A DNA stretch of 64,000 bases from assembly GCA_963797095.1 (NCBI GenBank), contig CAWCNY010000007.1, positions 136,238-200,237 of the forward strand. Reading direction: 5' to 3'. Of this stretch, positions 10,359 through 19,830 are shown in pieces. The notes beneath the pieces were generated by a model. The model saw nothing but the letters and a program-made list of their open reading frames with translations. It searched no databases and was not told the origin of the DNA. The translations under genes were made by a program, and so were the position numbers. Source of the DNA: an uncultured Chloroflexia bacterium (lineage in GTDB: Bacteria > Chloroflexota > Chloroflexia > QHBQ01 > JADMIH01). Position 1 is the stretch's first letter, and every line of letters starts with the position of its first letter.

Positions 10359-10480
10359 GACAACCGACAACAAAAAAATACCCGAAAGTACATCCCAGAA
10401 AGAGTCCAGTTTTGCCCTCCAACTGCCATTTAGTCAGTGAAGGGCAAAAATAACCCTGAAAATCCGCAAAAGAAAGGAGA

Positions 10481-10987
10481 TCAAAAATCGTGCGGAGTGT
10501 GAACAGATACCGCGTAGTCGCAGGCAGCGTCCCACGGCTCGCGTGCCCAGCCAGCATAGCGGGCTTGTAAACGCAGACCGGCGGCGTGCGCAAGCCTATC
10601 GAAATCGTCCAGTTGCAGGCGGCCCATGCTCAGGTAGAAGCCTGTTATCAGGCTGCCGCCGGGAGCTAGATGCAGAGCCATGTTTTGTAGGGCAAGCTCC
10701 TCGCTCCCTTTCGCAAGAAAGAGCATCACGTTGCCAGCCAGCACTATAGCATCGAAGCGACGTTCCAGGCGCACGCGGCATATATCGCCCAACCGCCAGG
10801 AAAGTTGAGGAGCAGCAAGGCTGGCCCGCACCAGCATTGCCGTGCTGATGTCGATCCCGACAACATCAAGGCCGCGCCGCGCAAGCTCTATAGCCACCCG
10901 CCCGGTGCCGCAACCCGCATCCAACACGGATCGGGGCGACGGTTGCAGGGATTGTATGAAATCCGCTTCGGCGGTGCCGTCCAGCAT
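10481..10987 (-). CDS. Class I SAM-dependent methyltransferase, possibly N-terminally short
   Basis: Motif I VLDAGCGTG; an in-frame TAA lies just upstream of the ATG. Confidence 0.85.
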   Translation of the reverse strand: MLDGTAEADFIQSLQPSPRSVLDAGCGTGRVAIELARRGLDVVGIDISTAMLVRASLAAPQLSWRLGDICRVRLERRFDAIVLAGNVMLFLAKGSEELALQNMALHLAPGGSLITGFYLSMGRLQLDDFDRLAHAAGLRLQARYAGWAREPWDAACDYAVSVHTPHDF

Positions 10988-11060
10988 GGTGAGCCTTTAG
11001 CAATCAATGAGAACGAAATGAAACACAATCGACCGTAAGATTCACTATAATATAGGACAG

Positions 11061-12023
11061 ATGCCAATAACTGCCATCGAGCCGAATATCGCGTTCATGG
11101 GTACACCGGAGTTCGCAGTGCCGTCATTGCGGGCGCTAGTGGAGGGGCCATACAGGATCACGGTGGTCACGCAGCCCGACCGTCCCGCCGGACGTGGCGG
11201 GAAGCTGACCCCACCGCCTGTGAAGGTAGTCGCAGAGGAGTTCGGGCTGGATGTGCTGCAACCCGACAGCCTGCGAGACCCCGCTTTCAGAGAGCGGTTC
11301 GCGGCGTTACAGCCGAAAGTGACGGTGCTTGTGGCCTACGGAGAATATGTGGCCCCGTCGCTGCTGGACCTTCCTGAGCGGGGCAGCGTCAACCTGCACC
11401 CATCACTGCTGCCGAGATGGCGAGGCAGCACGCCTATCCAGTCGGCCATACTGGCTGGTGACAACGTTACGGGCGTGAGCATCATCAGGATGGACAAGGG
11501 GCTTGATACAGGGCCGATAATCGCGCAACGGAGCGTGCCAATCGAGCCTGAGGGGACGCACCCGGAGCTGAGCTGGCGGCTGGCGCGGATCGGTGCGGAA
11601 TTGTTGGCAGAAACGCTTCCGCTATGGCTGAGAGGTGAGGTCGAGGCGAGGCCGCAGGATGATAGCCAGGCCACCATGACACGGACCCTCTCGAAAGAAG
11701 ACGGTCTGCTGGATTGGAACATGCCGGCTGAGCAACTGGCTAGAAGGGTGCGCGCACTTCAGCCGTGGCCGGGGACCTATACTTACTGGGAGGATCGTTT
11801 GCTCAAGGTCCTGCAAGCGCGACCGGCCAGGCAGAATATGCAGGGGAAACCTGGGACGGTTTCGATCCTGCCTGGTAACGAGAAGAACATTGTCGTGCAA
11901 ACCGGGAAAGATTCCCTTCAACTGTTGAGGGTGCAACCGGCGGGAAAAGCGGCTATGGAGGCACGAGCCTTGCTTGCAGGGTATCCTGAGATAGCAGGCA
12001 GTGTGCTGAAAAGTCGGCTGTGA
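11061..12023 (+). CDS. fmt: Methionyl-tRNA formyltransferase
   Basis: FMGTPEFAVPSL, VVTQPDRPAGRG, NLHPSLLPRWRG, GLDTGPI; TATAAT at 11046-11051. Confidence 0.97.
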   Translation: MPITAIEPNIAFMGTPEFAVPSLRALVEGPYRITVVTQPDRPAGRGGKLTPPPVKVVAEEFGLDVLQPDSLRDPAFRERFAALQPKVTVLVAYGEYVAPSLLDLPERGSVNLHPSLLPRWRGSTPIQSAILAGDNVTGVSIIRMDKGLDTGPIIAQRSVPIEPEGTHPELSWRLARIGAELLAETLPLWLRGEVEARPQDDSQATMTRTLSKEDGLLDWNMPAEQLARRVRALQPWPGTYTYWEDRLLKVLQARPARQNMQGKPGTVSILPGNEKNIVVQTGKDSLQLLRVQPAGKAAMEARALLAGYPEIAGSVLKSRL

Positions 12024-12136
12024 AACGAGGCGTGAAGTGGTGTATGAACTTGACGTACACCCCCCAAAAGTGTAGAAAGATAGTGTGGACCGGTCATAAC
12101 CCGCAACCTGAAGTCCGCAAACAACCAAAGTAGAAT

Positions 12137-12706
12137 ATGCCAACCAATACACCTGAACCTCGGCTCCCGCTGGAGCCGGAAGAATACCCGCTCTATTCGC
12201 CGCCCAAGCGCATAGGTTGTTCGGCGTTAGCTATCCTGCCATTGTTGCTTGTGGCAGTGTTCGTGATCCTCTTCTTCCGGATCACACCCAACCTCGCGCA
12301 GGGGATGGTCAATCCAATCCGGCAGATACTGAATATTGAACTGCCGACGGTTGAGCCGACGCTTCCTCCCAACGAGGATGGTGGTTCGATGGCAACAATC
12401 ACTGTAGCGGCGCCAACAAGGACACCTACTCACATACCAACAGCTACTCCTGTAATTCCTACACCGCTACCTGAGGAGTACGTGCAGGTAGCCAACACAG
12501 GAGGGCAGGGAGTGCGATTGCGGGCCGAGCCGAAACTCGACGCAGACCGCGTGGATGGCCTGGCCGAAGGCGTGGTTTGCAAGGTCATCGGGACGGATGT
12601 GACTAACAGCGATGGAACGTGGCGCAACGTGGAAGTTGTGGACAGGAACGAAAAGGGGTGGGTGCTTAATCAGTGGCTTGCCCCTGCCGAGAAACCTAGT
12701 CCGTAG
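12137..12706 (+). CDS. Membrane-anchored protein with a Pro/Thr linker and C-terminal bacterial SH3 domain
   Basis: One TM helix, PT-rich linker, VANTGGQGVRLRAEP...WRNVE...KGWV. Confidence 0.75.
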   Translation: MPTNTPEPRLPLEPEEYPLYSPPKRIGCSALAILPLLLVAVFVILFFRITPNLAQGMVNPIRQILNIELPTVEPTLPPNEDGGSMATITVAAPTRTPTHIPTATPVIPTPLPEEYVQVANTGGQGVRLRAEPKLDADRVDGLAEGVVCKVIGTDVTNSDGTWRNVEVVDRNEKGWVLNQWLAPAEKPSP

Positions 12707-12768
12707 TACATTACAATGCGGTTAGGGAACACCCTATTCATCGTTCTTTGTCATGCAGGGGTACGGCT

Positions 12769-13272
12769 ATGAGCAAACAAAAATACGAACAAGAGATAGA
12801 AGAAATACTGAAGAAGTATGACGAAGAAAAAGGTAAGCGGGAACGGAACAGCGCGGACGCCGGGTCCCCAGGAGACCGCGTGAGCAACCCCAAGCCCAGG
12901 CCACCTATCGACTTCCGCGCGGCGCAATCCAGGCGTACCACTTATTCGCGCCCGCCACAGAAGAGCGGGCCATCCATGCCCAACTGGAAGCGCCTCAGTG
13001 CTGGGCAGTATATCGCCATGGCTATCGGGGCTGCGGTGCTGGCGGTGCTGGTTGGAAGAAGCATCCCGATACTTACGGGTGTGCTGGTGATCCTATCTGC
13101 AATACTCTTTTTCATTCCCTTCGTGCTTTACCGGAGCACGGGCACGACCTCAGGCGGTTATTCGCCTACAGAGGAGAAGCGCTGGCGCGGGCAGCCTATT
13201 GACTACAGGCCGAATCAGAATGACGATGATGATCCTTTGGCCGGTGTCAAACGATGGCTGAAGAAGCGGTAG
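12769..13272 (+). CDS. Hypothetical membrane protein (2 TM)
   Basis: Charged N-terminus KYEQEIEEIL, two hydrophobic helices, KRWRGQ motif. Confidence 0.7.
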   Translation: MSKQKYEQEIEEILKKYDEEKGKRERNSADAGSPGDRVSNPKPRPPIDFRAAQSRRTTYSRPPQKSGPSMPNWKRLSAGQYIAMAIGAAVLAVLVGRSIPILTGVLVILSAILFFIPFVLYRSTGTTSGGYSPTEEKRWRGQPIDYRPNQNDDDDPLAGVKRWLKKR

Positions 13273-13283
13273 TCTCTAAAAGT

Positions 13284-13316
13284 AGCACAATCGGGCGCTG
13301 AACACCCGATTGTGCT
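13284..13316. terminator. Hairpin between convergent genes (probable terminator)
   Basis: 12-bp stem AGCACAATCGGG / CCCGATTGTGCT. Confidence 0.65.
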
Positions 13317-13358
13317 TCGCATGGAATCCATGCAAACATTTACTTGCACTCTTCGCGC

Positions 13359-14147
13359 TTAATCTTCGGCCAGATTCTCTAGCGAGAGTTTCTCGGTTTC
13401 CGGTCTGCTCATCTCTAGCCATTCGAGGACGCGGTGGCTGGTTTCGGGGTCGTGAGGGGCGAAGCGATGGTCGCCGCCAGGGAGGAGCCAGCAGGTTTTC
13501 GGCTCTTCAACAGAATTGTAAATCCGCTCGCTGATATGCGAGGGAACCGATTGGTCGCCTTCGGAATGGACGAGCAGGAATGGGCGCGGGTGAATTCTGC
13601 GCGCCGACTTGACAACATCCAGCCTGTAAAGTAATTGCATGGTGGAATTGACGTTCACTCGCGGAGGATTGTCGGAAACCATTGGCGACTTATGGCCGCG
13701 CTGAACGAGGGCAACCTCTTCCATAGTAATCAGCATGATCGCTTCGGTGGGGGGGCAATATGCGATTACAGGAGAGACATCTCGCAGGTGGGCCGCGGTA
13801 TGGATAGCGAGCCAACCGCCCATAGAGTTGCCCCGGATGGCGATGCTTGTGGGGTTTACTTCAGGACGTGATTGCAGATACTGGAGGGAGGCTGCTACGT
13901 CGTTGAAGATGTTGGAATCCACCTCGCCGCCACTTTCGCCGTGTCCACGCAAATCGGGCGCCAGCACAACGAAACCCCCCTCCGAGGCCATCTGTGCGAA
14001 ATCGGCATGGTTCTCTTTGCACGAATCAAAGCCGTGACAGACAATTATACCGGGCCACCAATCGGCGGAGTCGGCGTTCCTCTGAGGCAGATAGAGGTTG
14101 GCCGCCAGGTCAACGCCGTCATAGGTTGTAAATTTCACTTGCTCCAT
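13359..14147 (-). CDS. Alpha/beta fold hydrolase
   Basis: CHGF, DLRGHGES, GNSMGG nucleophile elbow, GGDH; GGAG RBS before ATG 14147. Confidence 0.88.
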   Translation of the reverse strand: MEQVKFTTYDGVDLAANLYLPQRNADSADWWPGIIVCHGFDSCKENHADFAQMASEGGFVVLAPDLRGHGESGGEVDSNIFNDVAASLQYLQSRPEVNPTSIAIRGNSMGGWLAIHTAAHLRDVSPVIAYCPPTEAIMLITMEEVALVQRGHKSPMVSDNPPRVNVNSTMQLLYRLDVVKSARRIHPRPFLLVHSEGDQSVPSHISERIYNSVEEPKTCWLLPGGDHRFAPHDPETSHRVLEWLEMSRPETEKLSLENLAED

Positions 14148-14186
14148 AGATTTGCCTCTCCGAAGACGAAGGACGAATGATAACTG

Positions 14187-14225
14187 GTGACGAGTGACGA
14201 GTGACGAGTGACGAGTGACGAGTGA
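14187..14225. repeat. Heptamer tandem repeat (GTGACGA)x5.6, enclosed by a 13-bp inverted repeat (14165-14177 / 14254-14266)
   Basis: Read directly; flanking GACGAAGGACGAA / TTCGTCCTTCGTC. Confidence 0.95.
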
Positions 14226-14272
14226 GTAATGCATACTTCGTACTGCTTATTCTTTCGTCCTTCGTCGTCACC

Positions 14273-14319
14273 TATCACGTATCACGTATCACGTATCACG
14301 TATCACGTATCACGTATCA
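14273..14319. repeat. Heptamer tandem repeat (TATCACG)x6.7
   Basis: Read directly from the sequence. Confidence 0.95.
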
Positions 14320-14391
14320 TGGTCTCGTTTGCGTTCTCTTTCACCCTTTGCTATAGTCTCATAGCCACTAATATACCAGGAGAAATCAGCT

Positions 14392-15742
14392 TTGTCTCAA
14401 ATGAACACAATAGAATTCGGGTATCGGGAGCAGCTTGCACGCAAAATAGCGGATCGCACAGCCGTTGTGAGCGTTATCGGGCTGGGTTATGTGGGGCTGC
14501 CTCTTGCCGTGGAGTTTGCCAGGGCCGGGTTCCGAGTAGTCGCACTCGACCTCGACGAACGCAAGATCGCGGATATCAACGCCGGCCGCTCTTATATTAA
14601 GGATGCTGACGAGCCGGGATGTGAAGGAGGCGGTGGAGGCGAGCAGGTTGCACGCTACCAGCGACTATCACTCTTTGCACGAAGTAGACACGATATCTAT
14701 CTGCGTGCCGACGCCGCTCCGCAAGACCAAAGACCCCGACATATCCTTTATTGTGTCGGCAGCCGAGTCTATCGCCGCCAACTTCCGCCCAGGCCAGCTT
14801 GTAGTGCTTGAAAGCACTACCTACCCCGGTACTACGGACGAGATCATTTTACCACGCCTTTCGGCGGGAGGCTACACGGTTGGCCTCGACTTCTTCCTTG
14901 CGTTCTCGCCGGAGCGGGTAGACCCCGGCAATCCTCAGTTTCAGACGGCGAACATCCCCAAGGTGATGGGCGGCGTCACGCTTGCGTGCCGCGACCTGGC
15001 GACCGCCCTCTATTCGACCATCATCGAGCGGGTGATCCCGGTATCATCGACCGCTACAGCCGAGATGGTGAAATTGCTGGAGAACACGTTCAGAGCGGTA
15101 AATATCGGCATGGCAAACGAGCTTGCGATTATGTGCGCCAAGCTCGGAATAGATGTATGGGAGGTGATCGAGGCGGCGTCTACCAAGCCGTTCGGGTTCA
15201 TGCCGTTCTACCCCGGGCCGGGGCTGGGAGGGCACTGCATACCGATCGACCCGCATTATCTATCGTGGAAGCTGAAGACGTTGAATTACAATGCGCGGTT
15301 CATCGAATTGGCGTCCGAGATAAACACCAATATGCCCAATTATGTGCTCGATCTGGTGGCAGACGCGCTGAACGACCGGGGCAAGCCGCTGCGGGGAAGC
15401 AAGGTGCTCGTACTGGGTGTTACATATAAGCGGGACATCGAGGATGTGCGCGAGTCGCCCGCGATGGATATCATCAGCCTCCTTCAGAGCAAGGGAGCGC
15501 AGGCCGATTACCACGACCCATATGTGCCGACGCTCCAGATAGCGGAGCTGCGCGATGACCCGATCACGATCAGCAGCATTGAGCTTAGCGAGAAGACAAT
15601 CAGGGCTTATGATGTGGTGGTTATCGTCACGGACCACATTTCATACGATTATGATTGGATCGTGCGCAACTCGAAGCTGGTGGTAGATACCAGGAACGCC
15701 ACCAGGAATGTGCACGATAAGGGCAACATCAGAAGATTATAA
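14392..15742 (+). CDS. Nucleotide-sugar dehydrogenase (UDP-GlcNAc/ManNAc C6 dehydrogenase, WbpA/WecC family); frameshift near 14605
   Basis: [10 protein letters not shown] in the first frame; [33 protein letters not shown] in the second frame. Removing one C restores SYIKDVTSRDV. Confidence 0.9.
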
Positions 15743-15747
15743 GGTCG

Positions 15748-17034
15748 ATGTTCCGCACACTCCTTAGAGACGAATCGAATCACTTCCGCGTCGTTGATGA
15801 CCCATCGGCTATCAGCGAGATCGTCATGCATAAAGAGCGCCTTTTGTGGCTCGATGTGGAGAGTCCCACCGCCGCCGAGCTTGGGATGATCCAGGAAGAG
15901 TTCAGTTTGCACCCCCTCGCCATCGAGGACGCGGCCACGCGCCACCAGCGCCCCAAGGTGGACCAGTACGACAATTTCTACCTGGTGATCTTCTATTCGG
16001 TCGAACTGGACGTGCCGGGCGAGGCTGTTCTGCAAGGGAGGCGCGGCTTGCGCGGCAGCGCGTTCCACGATGGGTACGAAGGCATGAGTGAAACTGCCGG
16101 GGCTGGTCCGTTTGAGCGCGAATCGGCCCAGGATAATGTAATCGCAGAACACCTGACACAGGAAGTCGCCAACGATACCGACGAGCGGGTGGTGTTACGC
16201 GAGTTGACGCTTTTCATGGGCGAGAATTACCTGATAACGGTGCACAATTACCCGGTCCCCGAGTTGGACGAGGCCGCGAAGCGGTGGCGGCGAAACGCCG
16301 AGATCATCACGACCGAGCACGAAAAGCCGGAGGAGGTGCCTGGCACCCGCCGTCTCAAACCGCAGGACGAGTCTCAGTTCAAGCGCACAGGCTCGCCGGC
16401 GGGCAACGGGAGCAATGTGGGTGCAGGTGCAAACGATACGCAGGGGCCACAAACCGCGCAACGAGTAAGTGGGGTAGGCATTCTCCTCTATTCGCTGCTA
16501 AACTCGATTGTCGATAGCTACTTCCCGACAATCGATAGCATTGTTGAGCGTGTGGAGGGCCTGGAAGAGCAGATATTCGAGCGGTTCGATCAGAGGTCTA
16601 TCGAATCGATCTTCACTCTGAAGAAGGACCTGCTTACGCTTCGCAAGGTGCTCGCCCCTGAACGCGATGTGTTGAACGTGCTGATCCGCCGCGATCTCCC
16701 GATCTTCGATGAGCATACTATCGTTTACTTCCAGGATGTGTACGATCATGTAGTGCGCATCACCGACAGCATAGACACCTACCGCGACCTGCTATCGAGC
16801 GCTCTGGACAGCTATCTTTCGATGCAAAGCAACCGCCTCAACATCACAGTGCAGACGCTGACCTCGGTTTCTATCATGCTGATGAGCATTGCCACGATTA
16901 CAGGCTGGTACGGGATGAACTTCACCATGATGCCTGAGCTAAACTCCACATTAGGTTACCCGGGCGTTATTCTGCTGGTGGCTGTGATCGTGGTTATTGA
17001 ATATATCTTCTTCAAGCGCAGGGGATGGCTGTAA
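15748..17034 (+). CDS. corA: CorA family Mg2+/Co2+ transporter with two low-complexity insertions
   Basis: LHPLAIED, QRPKVD, YFQDVYDH, signature YGMNF between two C-terminal TM helices. Confidence 0.92.
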   Translation: MFRTLLRDESNHFRVVDDPSAISEIVMHKERLLWLDVESPTAAELGMIQEEFSLHPLAIEDAATRHQRPKVDQYDNFYLVIFYSVELDVPGEAVLQGRRGLRGSAFHDGYEGMSETAGAGPFERESAQDNVIAEHLTQEVANDTDERVVLRELTLFMGENYLITVHNYPVPELDEAAKRWRRNAEIITTEHEKPEEVPGTRRLKPQDESQFKRTGSPAGNGSNVGAGANDTQGPQTAQRVSGVGILLYSLLNSIVDSYFPTIDSIVERVEGLEEQIFERFDQRSIESIFTLKKDLLTLRKVLAPERDVLNVLIRRDLPIFDEHTIVYFQDVYDHVVRITDSIDTYRDLLSSALDSYLSMQSNRLNITVQTLTSVSIMLMSIATITGWYGMNFTMMPELNSTLGYPGVILLVAVIVVIEYIFFKRRGWL

Positions 17035-17224
17035 AGATTTCGGATTGCGGATTTTGGATTCGTGCTAACAGGGGAAGGGGTCATTGAACTTACAGGGTGG
17101 GGAAAGTGTAGTCTTAATTCAAAGAGGCTCTAAAACGTCAAACATCCTGGGCTGGCAAGGGATATTATTAGCAGAACAATAGCCTCCCAGGATCTTCCTG
17201 ATTTTTGAACTCGAGTTTTTTTGC

Positions 17225-17887
17225 ATGAACGAGCGTGAAGCCATAGCTCGCCTGAAGAAGCGAGATATAAGCGGGTTGGAGTACCTGGTAATGGAATATC
17301 AGGTGCAGGCCACCCGCATAGCCTACCTCATCTGCCGCGATGAAGCGCTCGCGCAGGATATAGTGCAGACCCTCTTTATTCGCGCTTACGAGCGGATCGA
17401 ACAGTTCGATGCCTCTATGCCGTTCGGCCCCTGGTTCTTCCGAAGCGTCGCCAACGACGCCATCAAGGCGGCAGCACGCCGAGAGCGCATCTTATCGCTG
17501 GACGACGAAGCAGGCACATGGGCCGCAGAGTGGGAAGCCACCAGGGTCGCCCCCGACTTGGAGGAGAGGCTGGAACGGCTGGAGACGAGTGCGGCGGTAA
17601 GCGCCGCCATAGAGCAGTTACCTCCTGACCAGCGGGCGGCCATAGTGATGCGCTACTACCTGGAGCTAAGCGACGAGGAGATGTCCGAGAAGCTGGAGTG
17701 CGCGAAGAGCACAGTCCGGTGGAAGCTACACACTGCAAGGCGCAAACTACGCGGATTGCTCTCAGGGTGGGCAGCCTCGCCTGACGGTGAGCACGGGAGC
17801 GCGCCTGAGCTGGCTGAGATACCGGTCGATTCCAGCATGAGCCACAGAACAGTGGCAGCCTTTGTGAAAGGAGGCGACGCGCTATGA
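17225..17887 (+). CDS. ECF RNA polymerase sigma-70 factor
   Basis: Region 2 (AQDIVQ...FGPWFFRSVAN) and region 4 (LPPDQRAAIVMRYY...STVRWKLHTARRKLR). Confidence 0.93.
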   Translation: MNEREAIARLKKRDISGLEYLVMEYQVQATRIAYLICRDEALAQDIVQTLFIRAYERIEQFDASMPFGPWFFRSVANDAIKAAARRERILSLDDEAGTWAAEWEATRVAPDLEERLERLETSAAVSAAIEQLPPDQRAAIVMRYYLELSDEEMSEKLECAKSTVRWKLHTARRKLRGLLSGWAASPDGEHGSAPELAEIPVDSSMSHRTVAAFVKGGDAL

Positions 17888-18711
17888 GCGACAAAGAGCG
17901 CATTAGCGGGCATACACACGGCAGAACGCGCATAGCACGCGCCCTGCACGAAGACGCAAGCAGGATCATAAGCGACGACCTCAACCTGTGGCCGCAGATA
18001 CGGACGCGTATGACTGAAACGCAGGAGGACAGCGGGGTAAGAGGTGGATTGTCGGCTCGTGCAGAGCACGAGGAGTTGCCGGCGAGGCAAGGCAGGGCTA
18101 TCCGGAGCACTGGACGTGAGGGCAACCGTCACTTCAACCTGACGCGGATGCTCCCATCGGCATTGATGGCCGTGTGTATGGTGGCCTTCCTGCTGGGGGC
18201 TTACCTGCTACCCAACAACACCGCAGTACCCCACAACACCGTCCTCAACGCCTGCGACCTGATCACCCAGTCAGAGGTTGAGAACCTGACCGGCACTTCG
18301 ATGGATCAGTTCCGGTGGCAGCCTAATTTGTCCGAACTGGTAGCGTGCGCCTATTTCGGCCAGGACGAGATGATCAACGTAATGGTGGCTAACTTCAAGA
18401 GCGAAGAGGAGGCCAACAATTACCTGGAAACCATTCGGCCCGACCTTGCCACCGGCCTGGAGGCCCAGCAAGCAACGTCCGGCTACGGCCAGGGAGGCAT
18501 GGGCGGACGAAGGATAGATGTCAGCGGCGATGAGGCCTTCTCCAACTCGCGCACTCCCAGCAATCGCAATATCAGTTTCTGGGACGTGCTGGTGAGCCAG
18601 CATAACCGCTACTTCATCATTACCTGGATGACCAGCGCCTCAAGGCCCGACCCCACGTCTCAGATGCAAGACCTGGCCCGGTTGGTGGCTTCGCGCCTTC
18701 CCGCCAGGTAA
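17884..18711 (+). CDS. Putative membrane-anchored anti-sigma factor with an extracytoplasmic Cys-pair domain
   Basis: ATGA overlap with the sigma gene; DLNLWPQI motif, one TM, ACDLITQSEV...ACAY. Confidence 0.65.
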   Translation: MSDKERISGHTHGRTRIARALHEDASRIISDDLNLWPQIRTRMTETQEDSGVRGGLSARAEHEELPARQGRAIRSTGREGNRHFNLTRMLPSALMAVCMVAFLLGAYLLPNNTAVPHNTVLNACDLITQSEVENLTGTSMDQFRWQPNLSELVACAYFGQDEMINVMVANFKSEEEANNYLETIRPDLATGLEAQQATSGYGQGGMGGRRIDVSGDEAFSNSRTPSNRNISFWDVLVSQHNRYFIITWMTSASRPDPTSQMQDLARLVASRLPAR

Positions 18712-18733
18712 GCCCGCCTCAAATAGACCCATC

Positions 18734-19735
18734 ATGGCCGAAGCACTAGCTGCCCCGCAAGCCCACGACCAGGCACTTGTAACTGCTGATAGGATAGAGA
18801 CGCAGTTTGCTATGGTCTGGCGGCGATTTCGCAGGCACAAAGCCGGTATCGCGGGGATTGTTGTGCTGCTGTTGCTGGCGGTGTCTTGCATATTGGTGCC
18901 GGTGTTCAGCTCATTCGACCTCTACACGGTAAATCCGGCGCAGCGATATGCCAATTTCGGGGAAACCGATATTCTGGTGGGCGGCACGCACTGGCTCGGA
19001 ACGGACTGGCTCGGACGCGACGAGATGGTGCGGCTCTTCTTCGCAGGGCGCACTTCACTCTTTGTGGCGCTTTTATCTACAGCTTTAGTAGTGATAATCG
19101 GATCGGTGGTAGGGGGCGTCGCGGGGTTCTACGGAAGTTGGGTGGACACGTTCGTCATGCGGTTCACAGATTTCTTGCTGGCCCTGCCGCTGCTACCTCT
19201 ATTTCTGTTCGCGCTCAGGTTCCTGCGTGAAAGCCAGGCGCTTACAACTATGTGGCAGAACCAGGACTCGAACACGTTTATAACAATCGTGGCTATCAGT
19301 GGCGTGTTTACTCTGTTCGGGTGGATGGGGTTGGCTCGATTGGTGCGCGGGTCGGTGCTAACGTTGCGCACGCAGACTTATATCGAGGCAGCACGCGCCC
19401 TGGGGGTAAGCAACCGCCGCATTATCTTCCGCCACCTGCTGCCCAACACGATAGCGCCCATACTGGTGTCGGCTACTTTCGCCGTCGGCGATTTCATTAT
19501 CCTGGAGGCTGTGCTGGCCTACTTCAATCAGGGGATCAACGACCCGCCGCTCCCTTCATGGGGCAATATGATCGTTTCCACTCAGAGCCTGGCTTTCGGC
19601 ATCACGGAGCTTAATCCGTTTGTGAATGTGCGCGGCTGGCTATTCCTGATGCCCGGCTTTATGGTGGTAGCTGCCGTGTTGTCTATCAACTACATAGGTG
19701 ACGCGCTCAGGAGCGCTCTCGATCCGCACCAGTGA
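18734..19735 (+). CDS. Peptide ABC transporter permease (OppC/DppC type)
   Basis: WRRFRRHK, HWLGTDWLGRD, EAA motif YIEAARALG, PSWGNM. Confidence 0.93.
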   Translation: MAEALAAPQAHDQALVTADRIETQFAMVWRRFRRHKAGIAGIVVLLLLAVSCILVPVFSSFDLYTVNPAQRYANFGETDILVGGTHWLGTDWLGRDEMVRLFFAGRTSLFVALLSTALVVIIGSVVGGVAGFYGSWVDTFVMRFTDFLLALPLLPLFLFALRFLRESQALTTMWQNQDSNTFITIVAISGVFTLFGWMGLARLVRGSVLTLRTQTYIEAARALGVSNRRIIFRHLLPNTIAPILVSATFAVGDFIILEAVLAYFNQGINDPPLPSWGNMIVSTQSLAFGITELNPFVNVRGWLFLMPGFMVVAAVLSINYIGDALRSALDPHQ

Positions 19736-19747
19736 TGGTAGTCGGAG

Positions 19748-19822
19748 GTTCCAAGTTCCAAGTTCCAAGTTCCAAGTTCCAAGTTCCTGAGCTCTGACTA
19801 CCGACTACCGACTACCGACTAC
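19748..19822. repeat. Two adjacent heptamer arrays, (GTTCCAA)x5.7 and (GACTACC)x3.9
   Basis: Read directly; GGTAGTCGG at 19737-19745 is the reverse complement of the second array. Confidence 0.95.
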
Positions 19823-19830
19823 TAACAACT

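Noticed and set aside
10175-10429. Small ORFs with HSALGTR or VPSAECR repeats, and the similar SLVTRH, ITYHVSR and LLVTRY ORFs and extensions
   Set aside because: These are translations of the heptamer arrays, not credible proteins
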